This document shows positions 49,653 to 62,600 of a DNA stretch of 64,000 nt, in pieces. The notes beneath the pieces are model-generated. The model had not been told where the DNA came from. It saw only the letters and a list, made by a program, of their open reading frames with translations, and searched no databases. The DNA comes from Paecilomyces variotii (taxonomy: Eukaryota): assembly GCA_004022145.1 (NCBI GenBank), contig RCNU01000013.1. The stretch is one strand, 5' to 3'. Every line of letters begins with the position of its first letter. Position 1 is the stretch's first letter. The position numbers and the translations under genes were made by a program.

Positions 49653-50389
49653 TTTCTCCAAGCTGAGGTGATCATCTCGTGATGCACCATGGAGATATTG
49701 GAGAGGCCACAACTAGATGGTCCAATTAGTCTTCGCGAATTGAAAACCGGCAATGAACGTTAGGACACGGAACCTTGTGCAAATACACGTTGTACGTTGT
49801 ATATTATTGAACGAAGCATTAAACAGTAGCCATCATTTTATCGATAAAGGCAATGCTGTTCCTTTGTTCAACAGAAAAAAAGCGGAACCAGCCGCCGAAG
49901 TCAAAATGTCCTGTTTGGGTTAGCTCCCTGACTTATCTTGGGATGATACTCTACCTGACCACCGCTTTGCTAAAAGAAATACAGAATATTTATCTCTTTG
50001 ACAATATGACCTTAAATCAGTCTGGCTTATGGAATCTGGCCTGACGGGCGTCACGGCTCAGGAACAAGCAGATTTCTCAGGGCACACTCCATCTTGCCGT
50101 GGCTGGATGCAAATTGGTGCAGAAATGGAAGTCTCGTGGCCGGAATTTCTACCTATCAGTCTCACACTTCCTAGTCGAGCAAGCTGATTCTGGAGGCTGT
50201 GTTTGTGTGGCACTGAGACCTGTTTCTGTGTAGGTGAGGAATTTCGTTCGTTGATTCTTTGCTGATACCTTGAGTGATTGCATGCATGAGATCGCAAGGT
50301 GGTAGAACAAGAAGTAGAATCGGCCCATTGAAAAGGCCGAGGAAATGAAGGCAAGTTCGTCGCCTAATTCGATTGCCTAGCTTTCCACC

Positions 50390-52639
50390 TTATATTTCAA
50401 GGAAATCATTCCAGAATTCCCAATCCAGTGATTCATGCAGAAACCCAATCTGCGTACCTTCTCCTGGCATCGCTCCTCCGATCTGATCGAGAGTCCCATC
50501 ATAAGCTCTGGCTTTCCCTCTCGCCGCCTGTAGCAAGCCAATAAACTCCGGTACGGCCACTTCTCGGTGCCTTTGCAGTTCCCGCCAGCGAACATCCCAC
50601 GCTTCCAGCGTCAAATCTGCTAGTCCAGTAGAAAACTTGCCATCGTCCTGCAACAGATCTGGATAGTCCTTGTACATCCTCTCTACTAGCACCCACGCTG
50701 TACGCACCAAATCCCCGCTTACGCGCTGCCGCAGCTCGCTAACCATGTACACCAGCGCATCGACTTGCGTTTTTGCTGCCTGAAGTTCGAGCAGATGTGC
50801 TGAGAATGGGGTCCTACGGACTTCATACCCAAGCTGAAGGACCTGAACGCTACTCTCAAATACCTCATCCTGGTCGGCTTGTGACATCAATCGGCCACCC
50901 TCGGGTTGGTTCCTCGGATGCAAACACGAAAATACCGTGCGGTAGATGAAGAGGCGGCCTACAGTAGCAGATAAGTGGTGAAGGGGAATAGTGGGGTCGC
51001 AATAGCGGATATACTTGTTCTCGTATATCTGTCGTATCTCAGCCAGCGCCTTCCTCTTCGTGGTCATTGCCTCGAGGCTGGTAGACTTGACCATATCAAG
51101 GGGATTGACGGAATATGCGGCGAGCGTGGGTGACGTGCGCATCCAGTGCGCAACCTCGTACTTCATCAAGCAGTACAGCATCTCCGTGGCACCAGTGTGT
51201 TCAACAGCAGGCCGACTGGCCATACACGGATGCAGATCTGCGTCATTAATGTTGAGCGGCATTCGTATGTCCCCGAATTCAGCCCGCGACGGTGGTAAAC
51301 CCAGTACTAATCGACGAGAGCGCGAGTCCAGGCAGCGGATCTTCCACCATATGCGCACGCGCATCTCCTCCTCAAAGAAGGGAGTCTTGGAGTCAGTGCC
51401 CGTTCTATGTAGCCCCATCTTGTGGCCAATGCGTATTGCAAGGCCTGTAAGTGTCACTGAAGCATCGGATCGGTAATCTAGTAACTATTCAATGTTAGAT
51501 ATAAAAGGAGCTATTCTTGGAAAGGTGAGGGAAGAGCAAAAGGACTAACGGGAAAGAGCTTACGATGAATAATACCAAGGCCTGCAAGACCTCCAAATCG
51601 CGCGTTACATGTAGGTTTGCAGCAGCCAACGCCTGCGCTGTTCCCGTGCTATACCGATTTAGCAAAATTGACCTCGTCTCCCCAAACAATTGTATGCAGT
51701 CTGCCTCCTTCATGGAGGAGACAGCCAAAGCGTACACGGCAAACATGACTGCTTCGAATGGCTTTGGAACTGCATCTAGGCTCCAGCAGACCTCCGATAT
51801 CCTACGCTGAACAGTAGGGGCGTGGATGATCATGATCAGCGGGTGGACGTTTTCCGCAAAAATCTGCCAGAGCTTGAAAATATGCTTCGGTTCAGGATGC
51901 ATTTCGAGCAGCCCCGACACAGCAGGTAAATATACAGGGACCAGTGGCAGAGCCATAATGCCGGAGCTAAAGTCAACTGGTCCTTCTCTCCCATCATTGC
52001 TATTCTGTGTGAATTGTTCGATGGGAGGTTCGCGCAGCTATCGTGGACTATTAGTACAGAGCGCAAGAACAAGGCAAGCAGTAGCTTGGTGAACAAACAT
52101 CTCTCGACAGCCCAAGCCAAAGCGGTGCTCCTATGCTTCGTCCACCTGGGGTCTGTGGCTGTAGCTGTTTCCCAAGAACAGAAGCTTCAGAGTTCTGTGC
52201 TTGGGTCTCACTGGAAGCTTGAGTTCGGACACCCACACCGACGCAGCCAGACTGATGTCTCGAAGGCAGCTTCTCTTCCAACGGCGAGGGTATCCATGAG
52301 TTATCTAGAGGACAGAAATTTATGTTGTGCCTGCGGAGCAATTCCTCATACTCGTTGATCTTAGAGAGGAGGTCATCGTCCGCGACTCGTTTCCTATGCC
52401 TTTGTGAGGGCACTGGCGATCGATAAGAGCATTCAATTTGAGCTTTGGAGCAATTCGAGCACGGGTCCTCTTTGTCACATTTAACTTTACGCTTGGTACA
52501 TGTGCTGCAACACGAGTATCGTAAGTCCAAGTGCTTTAGTAGAGGACTCTTTACCTTCCCATCCAAAGACGAGGGCAATGGCAGGATTGAGGGCAAGGGA
52601 GGGCACTAACTCACAAGCCCGCTTTACCGCAGCCGACAT
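50390..52639 (-). CDS. Zn(II)2Cys6 transcription factor with fungal-specific TF domain; multi-exon
   Basis: Spliced MSAAVKRAC(D)TCTKRKVKCDKEDPCSNCSKAQIEC; LWQIFAENVHP; GLAIRIGHKMGLHR..EEEMRVRIWW; MPLNINDADL. Confidence 0.85.
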
Positions 52640-53150
52640 CTCTCCCCACAAAGTCTTATTTGGCCTTGATACTATGCCACCACATGACTGATGGGATTGT
52701 TAATAGGGAGCTTTGCCCAGATGTAGACGTCGTCGCACAAATGCCCTATGACGAAAAGGGAAGCTCGGACCCGAGATAAGTAGGCTGCCCCGCAGAAACA
52801 GTCTAGAATCTAGAGGCACATCTTGACAGCTTTCGCGACCTGTCGATATTAGCATGTGTCTTGCTTTCTCTAGTCCAAAAAGAATATAAACCAGGCAGAT
52901 GCAATTAATAAACGTTGAGCGCCAACAGAAATGACACGTTAAGTACATTTCAGAATGTGCTAACTGATAACTAGCAGGACACGCTGATTGGCTATCTTCT
53001 AAGTATAAGTCACGTGACGTTCACCAGTACAGCGAAGAATGAATGGGAAGCAGACATATGAGCTATCTGTCTATATTAATTCTCGAGTCGGGTCATAAAC
53101 TGGTAAATATCTTCCCCGTCTCTGGCTGTTGCCCTCCGAACCCGTCCAGA

Positions 53151-54008
53151 TTACTTCCACGCGAGCATCTCACAATTCAGCGCCGCAAACCAAGCATCCT
53201 CTGTATCCGCCCACTTCTCTACGGCAAGTAGCGTCTGCTGGATCTCGTCCTCAGTGATACCTGCATCCAGCCAGCTCTGGTAGAAGGGATCTCCCTGCTT
53301 CAGCTGGCCGGTGGCACGCCAGGCCAACCATTTCCTAGTTTCAGGGCCTGAGTATACCGTAGTTCCGGCGCCGATACGGACCTTGCCGCCGTCAGCGTCA
53401 AAGCCAACGCGACGTAAAAGCGCAGGCATGCTCGAAGCCACGGGCTCAGCATCAGATGCCCCCTTACTCACTGCCCGCATTAAATTTCGTACCCAGAGCC
53501 GGTCCAGGTCCAGACTCCGCGGGTAGAAGTGCTGGTCCGCTGCGTCGCGCGTGGCCACGATGCCTCCCGGTTTCAGGACCCGTCGTATCTCAGTCAGCAC
53601 CCGGAGTGGCATATCTGGTGATGGCAGCAGATGTCCGAAGAGATGAGCGCAGTAGATGATGTCGAATGTATCGTCGGGGTAGGCAAGCCCCTCCAGGACG
53701 TTGCTTTCCTCAAAGACAACAGAGCCTGGCCCTTGGGTGGGGACGTTGGCCTGAGCTGCCAGTGCTTTCGCCTTCTGCAGAACGTCTGCTGAAATATCAA
53801 TTCCGACTGTTCTGCCCTCGCTAGCATATTTGGCTAAGCCCGTGGTAATGGTGCCTGGCCCGCAGCCAATATCGAGAATGTGGTCTGTCTTTTTGATGTG
53901 TGGCAAGAGAAAGGCAGCATCCGACTCGGCCGTACGCGTCTGATGGGTTGCGAGGGTACAGTTGGAGTAGCCCTGAACGTAAGTGTTTAACCGATTTTGT
54001 TGGGCCAT
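53151..54008 (-). CDS. Class I SAM-dependent methyltransferase (UbiE/Methyltransf_31-like)
   Basis: HQTRTAESDAAFLLPHI, ILDIGCGPGTIT, VGIDIS, FDIIY, EIRRVLKPGG. Confidence 0.88.
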   Translation of the reverse strand: MAQQNRLNTYVQGYSNCTLATHQTRTAESDAAFLLPHIKKTDHILDIGCGPGTITTGLAKYASEGRTVGIDISADVLQKAKALAAQANVPTQGPGSVVFEESNVLEGLAYPDDTFDIIYCAHLFGHLLPSPDMPLRVLTEIRRVLKPGGIVATRDAADQHFYPRSLDLDRLWVRNLMRAVSKGASDAEPVASSMPALLRRVGFDADGGKVRIGAGTTVYSGPETRKWLAWRATGQLKQGDPFYQSWLDAGITEDEIQQTLLAVEKWADTEDAWFAALNCEMLAWK

Positions 54009-54422
54009 GTTTGCTGTGCCTCAGGGAGAGATTGTCTTGAACTATGATAGACAGTATCGTATTCGTATGCGCCGGGTGGCTTTCCGTAACTGACCGCACG
54101 TGCAAGAATTATAGCTGAGGTAGATTTGTCGAGAGAAAGTATTGATTATATAGATCAGAGTGGAAAGAGTGAAAACCCCCTATTCGAGTACCTAGTTACA
54201 CTGATTCTAGTAGATATCATATGGTCAAGTTTCGGGGTCGACGGTCCGAATTGGGAATCTCGGACCCGAGCAGAACCACCATTCAGTTTTCGAGATGTGT
54301 CGATGAATGCTTTGTCTATGCACAGAAATCATTCTAACCCGAAGCTCAGAATCCGTCCATGATTCCACTTCTAGTTGTCGCAACACGTGTGCGCCTCTGT
54401 GCATACATCTCATACAGACGAC

Positions 54423-55415
54423 TCACCAACGAAATCCTCTCGTTGTCTCAATCCGCCCATACTTATTCCAAAAGACCTCGGTTCCTCTCGGCACAATGAA
54501 GCACTGTCTGCTCGAACACTCCCTGTCAAACCCATCGGGCCACCACTCATCCTCCATTTCCAACCGGAACTGATCTTTCGGTTTACTGTCGCGGATCCGA
54601 AGCTTCTCAAAGAAGACATACGCCCCGTAGAAGACGCTGCTGGAATTCCCTGAGATGGAACCTTCTTTGCTCAGGAAATCGTTCAATTGTTTGGACTGGA
54701 TTTTCTTGTTGGGATCATATGGATGATATGCAGCGCGGAGGATGTTGCGGAGGAACGAAGCCTGCGTGACGCCTGCCTGGCGCAGGTGGTGCCGGATTTT
54801 GCGCCGAACAACGTCGCAGGTATCGAAGACAGGGACCTCGAACTCAGATTCACCGTCGAGGTGGATGTTGGAGACGTCGTATTTGTCCTTTTCCTCGGCT
54901 TCTCCTTTGCCAGTTTTGGTCTTCTTGGTGGTCGCAGTGGTAGCTCTCTTTTTCTTAGGTGGCGGAAGACCCTGTTCTTCTCTCTCCTTGAAGAAACACG
55001 CTGCATTTTGGTATGTTATCGAACCCTGGCCTTTCCATTTCCCCCTCTGCCGCATGAACAGCTGATACGAGCGCGGCGAGACGTCAAGCAAGCGCTGGAA
55101 TTCCCCGACTTTCATCTCCCCGGAGGAAATGAAGGCGGTGATCTTACGACGAACCTGATCACAGTTGTCGGTAATGTGGTAGCCAAATGGGTGTGCGGCC
55201 GCATTGTACCAGCTCGGTGGGCCATCTACATCTTCGTCCTCCTCTTCGTGTTCGTCCTCGTGTTCATCCGACTTTGAGTTGGATTTGCGTTTTAGACTAG
55301 GCTGGTCGGATGTTTCCTTTGCTACTTTCTCGAGTCCGTCTTTCTTCTCCGTGGTCTTCGCAGGAGACACGATGCAGGCGTTTGCGTCTGTCTCAGCCAG
55401 CGCTTTGCGAGGCAT
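54423..55415 (-). CDS. Hypothetical protein with two tandem homologous domains, acidic N-terminal tract and basic (NLS-like) linker; start could be upstream at 55574
   Basis: NCDQVRRKI..FF and TCDVVRRKI..YVFFEK repeats; linker PPPKKKR. Confidence 0.7.
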   Translation of the reverse strand: MPRKALAETDANACIVSPAKTTEKKDGLEKVAKETSDQPSLKRKSNSKSDEHEDEHEEEDEDVDGPPSWYNAAAHPFGYHITDNCDQVRRKITAFISSGEMKVGEFQRLLDVSPRSYQLFMRQRGKWKGQGSITYQNAACFFKEREEQGLPPPKKKRATTATTKKTKTGKGEAEEKDKYDVSNIHLDGESEFEVPVFDTCDVVRRKIRHHLRQAGVTQASFLRNILRAAYHPYDPNKKIQSKQLNDFLSKEGSISGNSSSVFYGAYVFFEKLRIRDSKPKDQFRLEMEDEWWPDGFDRECSSRQCFIVPRGTEVFWNKYGRIETTRGFRW

Positions 55416-56308
55416 ATTGGTCAAAAAGTAGGCGATATGGGATTCTGGCAGTGTTCGATACTCTCCAGGTTCGCGAAGTTCAAGACGACGAGCGGATATA
55501 TGGAACGTGATGGACGCCAGCGAAATCAAAACAATAACAATGGCAACGTGTAAGGGGAAGATCTCCTGGATCAACGTATGATCCCTGTCGCAATTTGGCC
55601 CGTGCTGGAGGTAATTAAGAAAGACGGTCTGCGTATAACACTAACCCGGCTTCCCCTGTTAGTTAAGAGATAAGCAGAGAGAAGCAGCCAGAATATGGGA
55701 ATAAAATTAGCGGCAATGTCGGACGCGTAGTGAGCGGTTCGCAGAACCCCTGAGTGGTACACACTCGCTATCTATCAAAGAGCATTTAGTGGTGAGGGGG
55801 TAGTGATACAAGTACCTCTGATCTCCGCCTGTTTAAGTGGCTACAGTCATATTTAACTACTCTGTAGGTCGTGACTGTTGTCATAGAGTATCTAAGGTGT
55901 TCTATCTCGCGCAAGTTGCAAGAAAACCACACAGAATACTATTTCACAACACCCCAATATCAAGTATATTATGTCGCTTACGGCTTACTTTGAACATGCT
56001 TTATACTGCATCTATTCTAAATTCAAATGTCTGGCCACCCTTAATGTCCTTACCATGTTCCGGTTGTTGACATCGCGTCTAATTACTCTTATATCTGATT
56101 GGTCAGAATGGTAAGACGCGAGATGGATCAAACCCTTCGCGCCATTCACGTGTCTTATTGGCCCATTCTATCTCAAAGATTAGTGGAGTAGAATAAATGT
56201 AAATTGCAATTGTATCAATCCATGCCATGCTGGGGACAATTGATCTTTCACCTAATTAGCTCACTTAACCTCTCCCCGTGGATTAAGAGTATGGTGCCAG
56301 GTTGAGCC

Positions 56309-56494
56309 TTTGAGGTATCCCGACCATACTAGGTATTTTAGTGCACCACCAAGACTAAGCCTATTCTAGAACAAGAAGTATTGTATTGGCCCGTGCACGA
56401 TTCAATAATAATGCAGTTATCTGGCATCACCCTTGAGCCAGGATAGGTTTGGTCTTGGTCGTGCACTAAAATAGAGTGGTCGGGTCATCTCAAA
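56309..56494. repeat. Degenerate ~65-bp inverted-repeat pair (MITE/foldback-like relic)
   Basis: Left arm TTTGAG..CCCGACCA..TATTTTAGTGCACCACCAAGACTAAGCCTAT pairs with right arm ATAGGTTTGGTCTTGGTCGTGCACTAAAATA..TGGTCGGG..CTCAAA. Confidence 0.7.
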
Positions 56495-57129
56495 ACTACA
56501 GTGTTACAGATCCATATATAGGTCAAACCGACCTACTGATTAATATTTAGATCAGTCGACCACCTTTAAGCTCAATATGGGTAACTGCACAAATTGAACA
56601 TGGTTGACGACTTGTGCGCGGCCAGTACAAATACGTGACTATTGGTCTACAGAGTAGATACAGACAGAACATAAGTAATTTCAAGATCAAGTGAGCTCTC
56701 GAGAACAGTTCATGAGGTTTCGTTCTACTGGAGCTACTGAATGTGTAAGTTAAATAAGTTTCATGTCAGGCGAACTCGCACGGTCCAATTCCAGCCCCTC
56801 TTCTCAAGAGAGAACAAGATCATTAGCAACTCGCTCATATTATTTGAACCGTCGCGTTTATCTTATAGACCGAGGATATTTCGATGTACAACCGGCAGGA
56901 TGGACGAAAATCGTGGCCAGTGGCTGTTGTTGTGTTGCCAGGTTTTTCTTCGTGGCTAAGACGATGAAGGCAACTTCCGTTAAAATATATACATAGTTAT
57001 CTTTATTCTCCTACCATACCCTCACTATCGCGCATAATGACCAACCTCACCAGATCATCACAACCAAAACGCATTCTCAGCCGTCGATGAGGTTTTATTC
57101 GGTCGCATATGACCTTTTCCTTATGGGTT

Positions 57130-57480
57130 GGTAATGTACACAGACACAACTGGTTACCTTGTGAAGCGATTAGGTGCAACCACGCGTTGGCTACTAGATA
57201 GGCTTCCCACTTCAACTGCAGTTGTTAATTCCCACTCAGAGAAAAGAGCGGCGATCTCTAATAACGGCCCCGTGCTAGCATTGATTCCATCTCTTGTACG
57301 TTACTTCTTGTCGACGTATGATTCAATAAGCGAACGAACAATGGCAACAGAAACCGCTTCCGCGAGTCATCCAGCATCTGAACATCGAGAAGCGTTGATA
57401 TCCCAACCACGATTCAGGAATAACTCGAGGATATGGTCGTGTCGCTTCTGTGTCGCAAGAAATATATGTTTAATAATCAT
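57130..57480 (-). pseudogene. Ankyrin-repeat gene relic
   Basis: Minus-strand FLATQKRHDHILELFLNRGWDINA, then stops; IVRSLIES; frameshifted WLHLIASQGN. Confidence 0.4.
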
Positions 57481-59601
57481 TGGTGTTCCTTGGTAAGATG
57501 ATTCATTTTATTTCGAGGCAGCAAGAGATTTGGTAGCTCTGCAGACGAAATCAATCGCATCAAGTGTTTAAGACGCGGCCGTCGAGAAAGCCTGCCCCCC
57601 TGGCATTTGTTGCTTTTACCCTGAACGCCGTCCCAAGCTAATTCTCTACTATCCTAGTGATAGTATGATGCCGCGGATTAACTGGACTCTTAAGAGATCG
57701 ATCGAATATTTGAATGATTTGCGGGGATCCCGGAATCGGTTGGCAAGGAACCACCATCCTCCGAATATATCGATGACTATTAAACCTGCAGTATGCGAAC
57801 TTGTCTATCTAATGTATACCTAGGTAAGAGATACCCAGTTAATAACTTGGTTTAAAACGATTGTGAGAATCACCCCATGGCAACTCCATCTATTAGAAGA
57901 TTAGGGACAAGAAAGGCAAAAAAGTGAATGGATTTGCATTGCGGGAGAGGTACGATTACGCGGTCAAGTTGGATGGTCCGACCGTAAGTAGCGAGGTCGG
58001 CGGTTGCGTGGTGGTGGTTTTTGGTTTCTTACGAGGATTCGTTTTTTCGTCTGACTGGGTTTTACACCCACCATGATACTTACCGCATTAGGGATCATTG
58101 AGTGATGATGATAGTTACATATCCGTATAGCAGTAATCATTATGATAGTATCACTGTTTCGAGGACAATTATATTAATTGTATCCTCGGTAGTGTGATCG
58201 AAAAAGGCAGCGATTCTAGTTAGGAAGAATGAGGGGGGCAATGTCAGCGCGGATAAGGAGGGAATAATGAATCAGATTTGGATGTGGAAAAAGGGCGAAA
58301 GCTGAGTAACTTTATTAAGTGCTTGGGACCGCCGACGAGCTCCGGTCGCCTTGATGTCATGAACCCGCGACCGTGGGATTTCAAAAAGAGAAAGAAAACG
58401 AAAAAGGCAACACCCAAGATGGCTGTTTTTAGAGGATGAAACATCAGAGATCGATACCACTGTAGAACATGCAACTCTTTGAGTCCTATATCCAGAGTGA
58501 TGGTTGCAACTACTGAATGACTCTATACAAAAGACAGCAGGCGTCGCAGTCGCCAGCTGGAGAAGAGATGGCGCGCTAGCGTATGTAGATCGTCACGGGT
58601 AATAATACAGTGACGGTGACGAGGCGGTATGGGGGAATGTGGACTGGGGATCGCGATGGCTGGGGAGGAAGTTGAGATGTCCAGCAATTTGGCAGCGTAG
58701 GGAAATTCCACTAAAAAAAAGAACGGTGGATAAGTGAGATAATAGTAAATAATAATACTCTGCTATCTCACATTAGATGCCAACCTGCGCAGACTTGCAG
58801 CGGTCAGTTGACGATGGTCCTGGTGATGCGGCTGTCAAGGCCAAATGATCTCCAATTCAGCGTCGCAGGGGATAGTAAGATACACTGAACTGTCACGGTA
58901 ATACCAATACGGACAGGGCGAGGAACGGCTCAGGATCGCCCGCGCGAAGAAGAAACAGTACCGATAATACCAGTAAGAGCTGTCTGGACCTGCAAAGGGG
59001 AAAATTGGAAAAGGCTCAGCACGCAACAAACACCGCTTCGTTCCATGAACCTCTGCCCTCTCCACCATCCATCCTTCTCCGCCACGTCGCTCCATCTTCT
59101 TTCCTTCTCCCCCATCATCATCCCCCATCTCCATCATCCCCATCCCGGCCCTGCGTCCATATCCACCAAATAAACCGGACTGCGCCATATCCGCCCCGAT
59201 CTGGACTGCGCTCCCAGTCTGTCGCAGCGAGCCAAGATTCTCCTTCCATGCCGGTTCGCTAATCCGCGGATCGCAGCTCCCGTTCACGGGGACAAAGAGC
59301 GGCCAAACCGGTCTTTTCTGGCGGTACAACACCTCTCCCAACGTCCCACCACAGGCGCTTCATCCTCTCCTAGAGAGACGAACCCGGGACCTGTCTGTCC
59401 AGGGTGATACTGAGGGTCCAACCCACTGACACGGATTTATCGCAGCGTCAGATTCGATCAGCGATCTCTCATGGGCAGTCGTCGCGTGCATTAACCGTCC
59501 TGCTTCACGACGAGAACGCCAATTTCAACATTCATACTTGTCCTCCAGCTTCATCAAACTCCGCCGCTGTCTGCTCCGTGCTCCCGTAAAACGCGGCCAC
59601 C

Positions 59602-62600
59602 ATGACGGGGGCTCCGCCGTACGGTGTGCAATCGCCGACCCAGCAGGCTCGTTTCACGGCATATTCACCACCGAACAAGAACTCCCCTTACTATCCCAAC
59701 AATGAACATTACCAGCAACCCGCTGCCCAGACGCCTTCGGCCTTTCCCCCGCAGGCGCCTCTCGCAAGGAGTCCTCACTTCTCTCAAGCGCCATCACCTC
59801 TGCCCACCACCCTTCCTCCGCTGAATGGAAGTGCTCCTCCACCTCCTCCTCATGCAGAGGCCGCATCGCAGTATCCAGCACATTCATCTACGGGGCCTCC
59901 GCAGTACTCTATTCCACCTCCATACGCTGGGTCCGTGATTCCCGGTAACGCTTCAGCGCCTTATAACCATACCTCTCACGCTCATCCTTCGAGCCGGCCG
60001 CAAGCTCTCTCACAATCTCCGAAGAAAGAGCCAGAGTCGTCTTTCGACGTTAGAAGCAACGGTGCTGCATATTCTTCACAATCCCCCATGATGCGGGAGA
60101 CGAGACCAGCGTCGCCCAAGGAGACGGTACGTTTTTTTTTGACGCTTAGTTCTCATTTGATTTAGGCTGATCATTGGATTACATAGAAACCTTCCAGGGC
60201 TAACGACCCCATGTCTTTTGCAAGTATCCTCTCCGAACCGACGGAGGAACGCTCTTCCCGCAGACCCTCTCCTCCCCCGGCTGTCAGTGGCCAAATTACT
60301 ACTGAACAGACTCCGGCCTCTCTTCCCAAGCTGGAGAAAAAGCCTTCATCTGACAGGAAGCGTCGCACTGTCGATTACGATACTGGCGCTGAAGAGACCC
60401 CGGCGCCTGCCGCGAATGGTGCTGCAGAGCCAGCGAAACTTGCGGCAGCCCAACAGCAGGGCAAGGCACGAAAGACGTTGTCGGAGCGTGAGTTGGAAGC
60501 GATCAACAAGATCATTGCCGACATCGACAATGCAGAGAAGAGTGATGTTGAAGGTCCCGGCTTCGAGAAGGAACATGAACGTTACTTGAAGAAGAGTAGG
60601 AAGCGTGCCCGAGAATCAGAGATCTCTGAAGGACTGAAGCGGAAGGTATGTGACAGTAGCTCTTTCCTCCCTTCTTCTCAGTATACTGACTTAAAGTCAG
60701 CGACGTCGACATGACTTCCTCGTCAGACTGGGAAGGACGTTTGAGAGACAAGCTATGGCCGGTTCCGAGCGTTTCAGGATCAGAAATGAAGCAGCTGCAG
60801 TTGCGGATGTTCAACGCAAAGAGGTCCAAGATGAAAAGGAACGCAAGAAGGATATGCAGAGGAAGCGTCGCCGCGAGAACACCGTGCGTCTGGAGACGCA
60901 GAAAAAGCTCGAGGCCGAGCGCAAGGCCAACAAGGCGGAAGACTCTGCTGAGAAGGAGAAGTTCCTCCGAGAGGCTGAAAAGGCTCAGAAGAAGATCCGA
61001 ACTACCAAGCGAGCCTTGGAGAAAGGCACCGCTGCTGATGAGATCAGCGAGGTCACGCCGCTGGCACCTAATCTGGAGGGCGGCACTACAAGCTCCTTCC
61101 ACATCAGCCGCGGCTCTTCGCCTCCTTCCAGGAGGAAGTCTGGTCGCATTGGAACCTCTTCGCGTCCGAAGAAATCCAAGGAGAAGAAGCAGGCAGAGAA
61201 GGATGCGGCCGAGGCGGCCTATGCGGCTATGGAAAAGGACGAACTCGTGCCTATCGCTCCCAAGGAAGATCCTCGAAAAGAGTCTCTCAAGAAGGAGGGC
61301 AAGGGCGCTCGTTCGAAGGAGGCTACTCCATCTCCTCTCGCTGCCTACGAGACTAAGGGATACAATCAGATCTACGAACAGATCTGGCGCGACATTGCTC
61401 GCAAGGACATCCCTAAGGTTTACCGTATCAAAGCCCTGTCGCTCAGTACACGCCAGGAGAACCTTCGCAAGACCGCTCAGCTGGCTAGTAAGCAGTCCCG
61501 CAAATGGCAGGAACGCACGAACAAGAGTATGAAGGATACACAGGCTCGCGCCAAGAGAACTATGCGTGAGATGATGTCCTTCTGGAAGCGCAACGAGCGT
61601 GAGGAGCGTGATCTACGCCGTGTGGCCGAGAAGCAGGAGCTTGAGAATGCTAAGAAGGCCGAGGCTGAACGCGAGGCAAACCGACAGAGGCGGAAGCTTA
61701 ACTTCCTTATCTCCCAGACGGAACTGTACTCTCACTTCATCGGGCGCAAGATCAAGACCGCAGAGGCAGAGCAAACTGCAGACACGACTACGGAAACGAC
61801 CGGCGAGACTGTCCAGCCCGGTCAAGGCCAAGAACATATGGTCGACCTCCCTCCCAGTGTCGCCGATCCGAATACAAAAGTTACCAACTTCGAAGACCTG
61901 GACTTTGATGCAGAAGATGAGACTGCCCTGCGTCAGGCGGCCATGGCCAATGCGCAGAATGCTGTTCAACAGGCCCAGGACCGTGCTCGTGCTTTCAACA
62001 AGGAAGATAATCAGATGGCCGCTTTTGATGAAGGCGAAATGAACTTCCAGAACCCCACTAGTCTGGGTGACATCACCATCTCCCAACCTAAGATGTTGAC
62101 GGCTCAGCTGAAGGAATACCAGTTGAAGGGTCTGAACTGGCTCGTCAATCTGTACGAGCAGGGTATCAACGGTATTCTTGCAGATGAGATGGGTCTAGGA
62201 AAGACCATCCAGTCCATCTCCGTCATGGCGTATCTAGCAGAGGTGCACAATATCTGGGGTCCATTCCTCGTCATTGCACCAGCTTCCACGCTTCACAACT
62301 GGCAGCAGGAAATCACCAAGTTCGTTCCCGATATCAAAGTGCTGCCTTACTGGGGTTCTGCCAAGGACCGAAAGATTCTACGAAAGTTCTGGGACCGCAA
62401 GCACATCACCTACACAAAGGAATCGGAGTTCCATGTCCTGGTCACGTCCTACCAACTTGTCGTGCTCGACGCACAATACTTCCAGAAAGTCAAGTGGCAG
62501 TACATGATTCTGGATGAAGCACAGGCCATCAAGTCGTCGCAGAGTTCGCGTTGGAAGAACCTTTTGGGATTCCACTGCCGTAACCGTCTTCTGTTGACTG

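Noticed and set aside
53151-54008. Methyltransferase as the missing PynC N-methyltransferase
   Set aside because: It lies 13 kb from the PKS-NRPS, beyond hemA and unrelated genes, and looks like a generic UbiE-like family member
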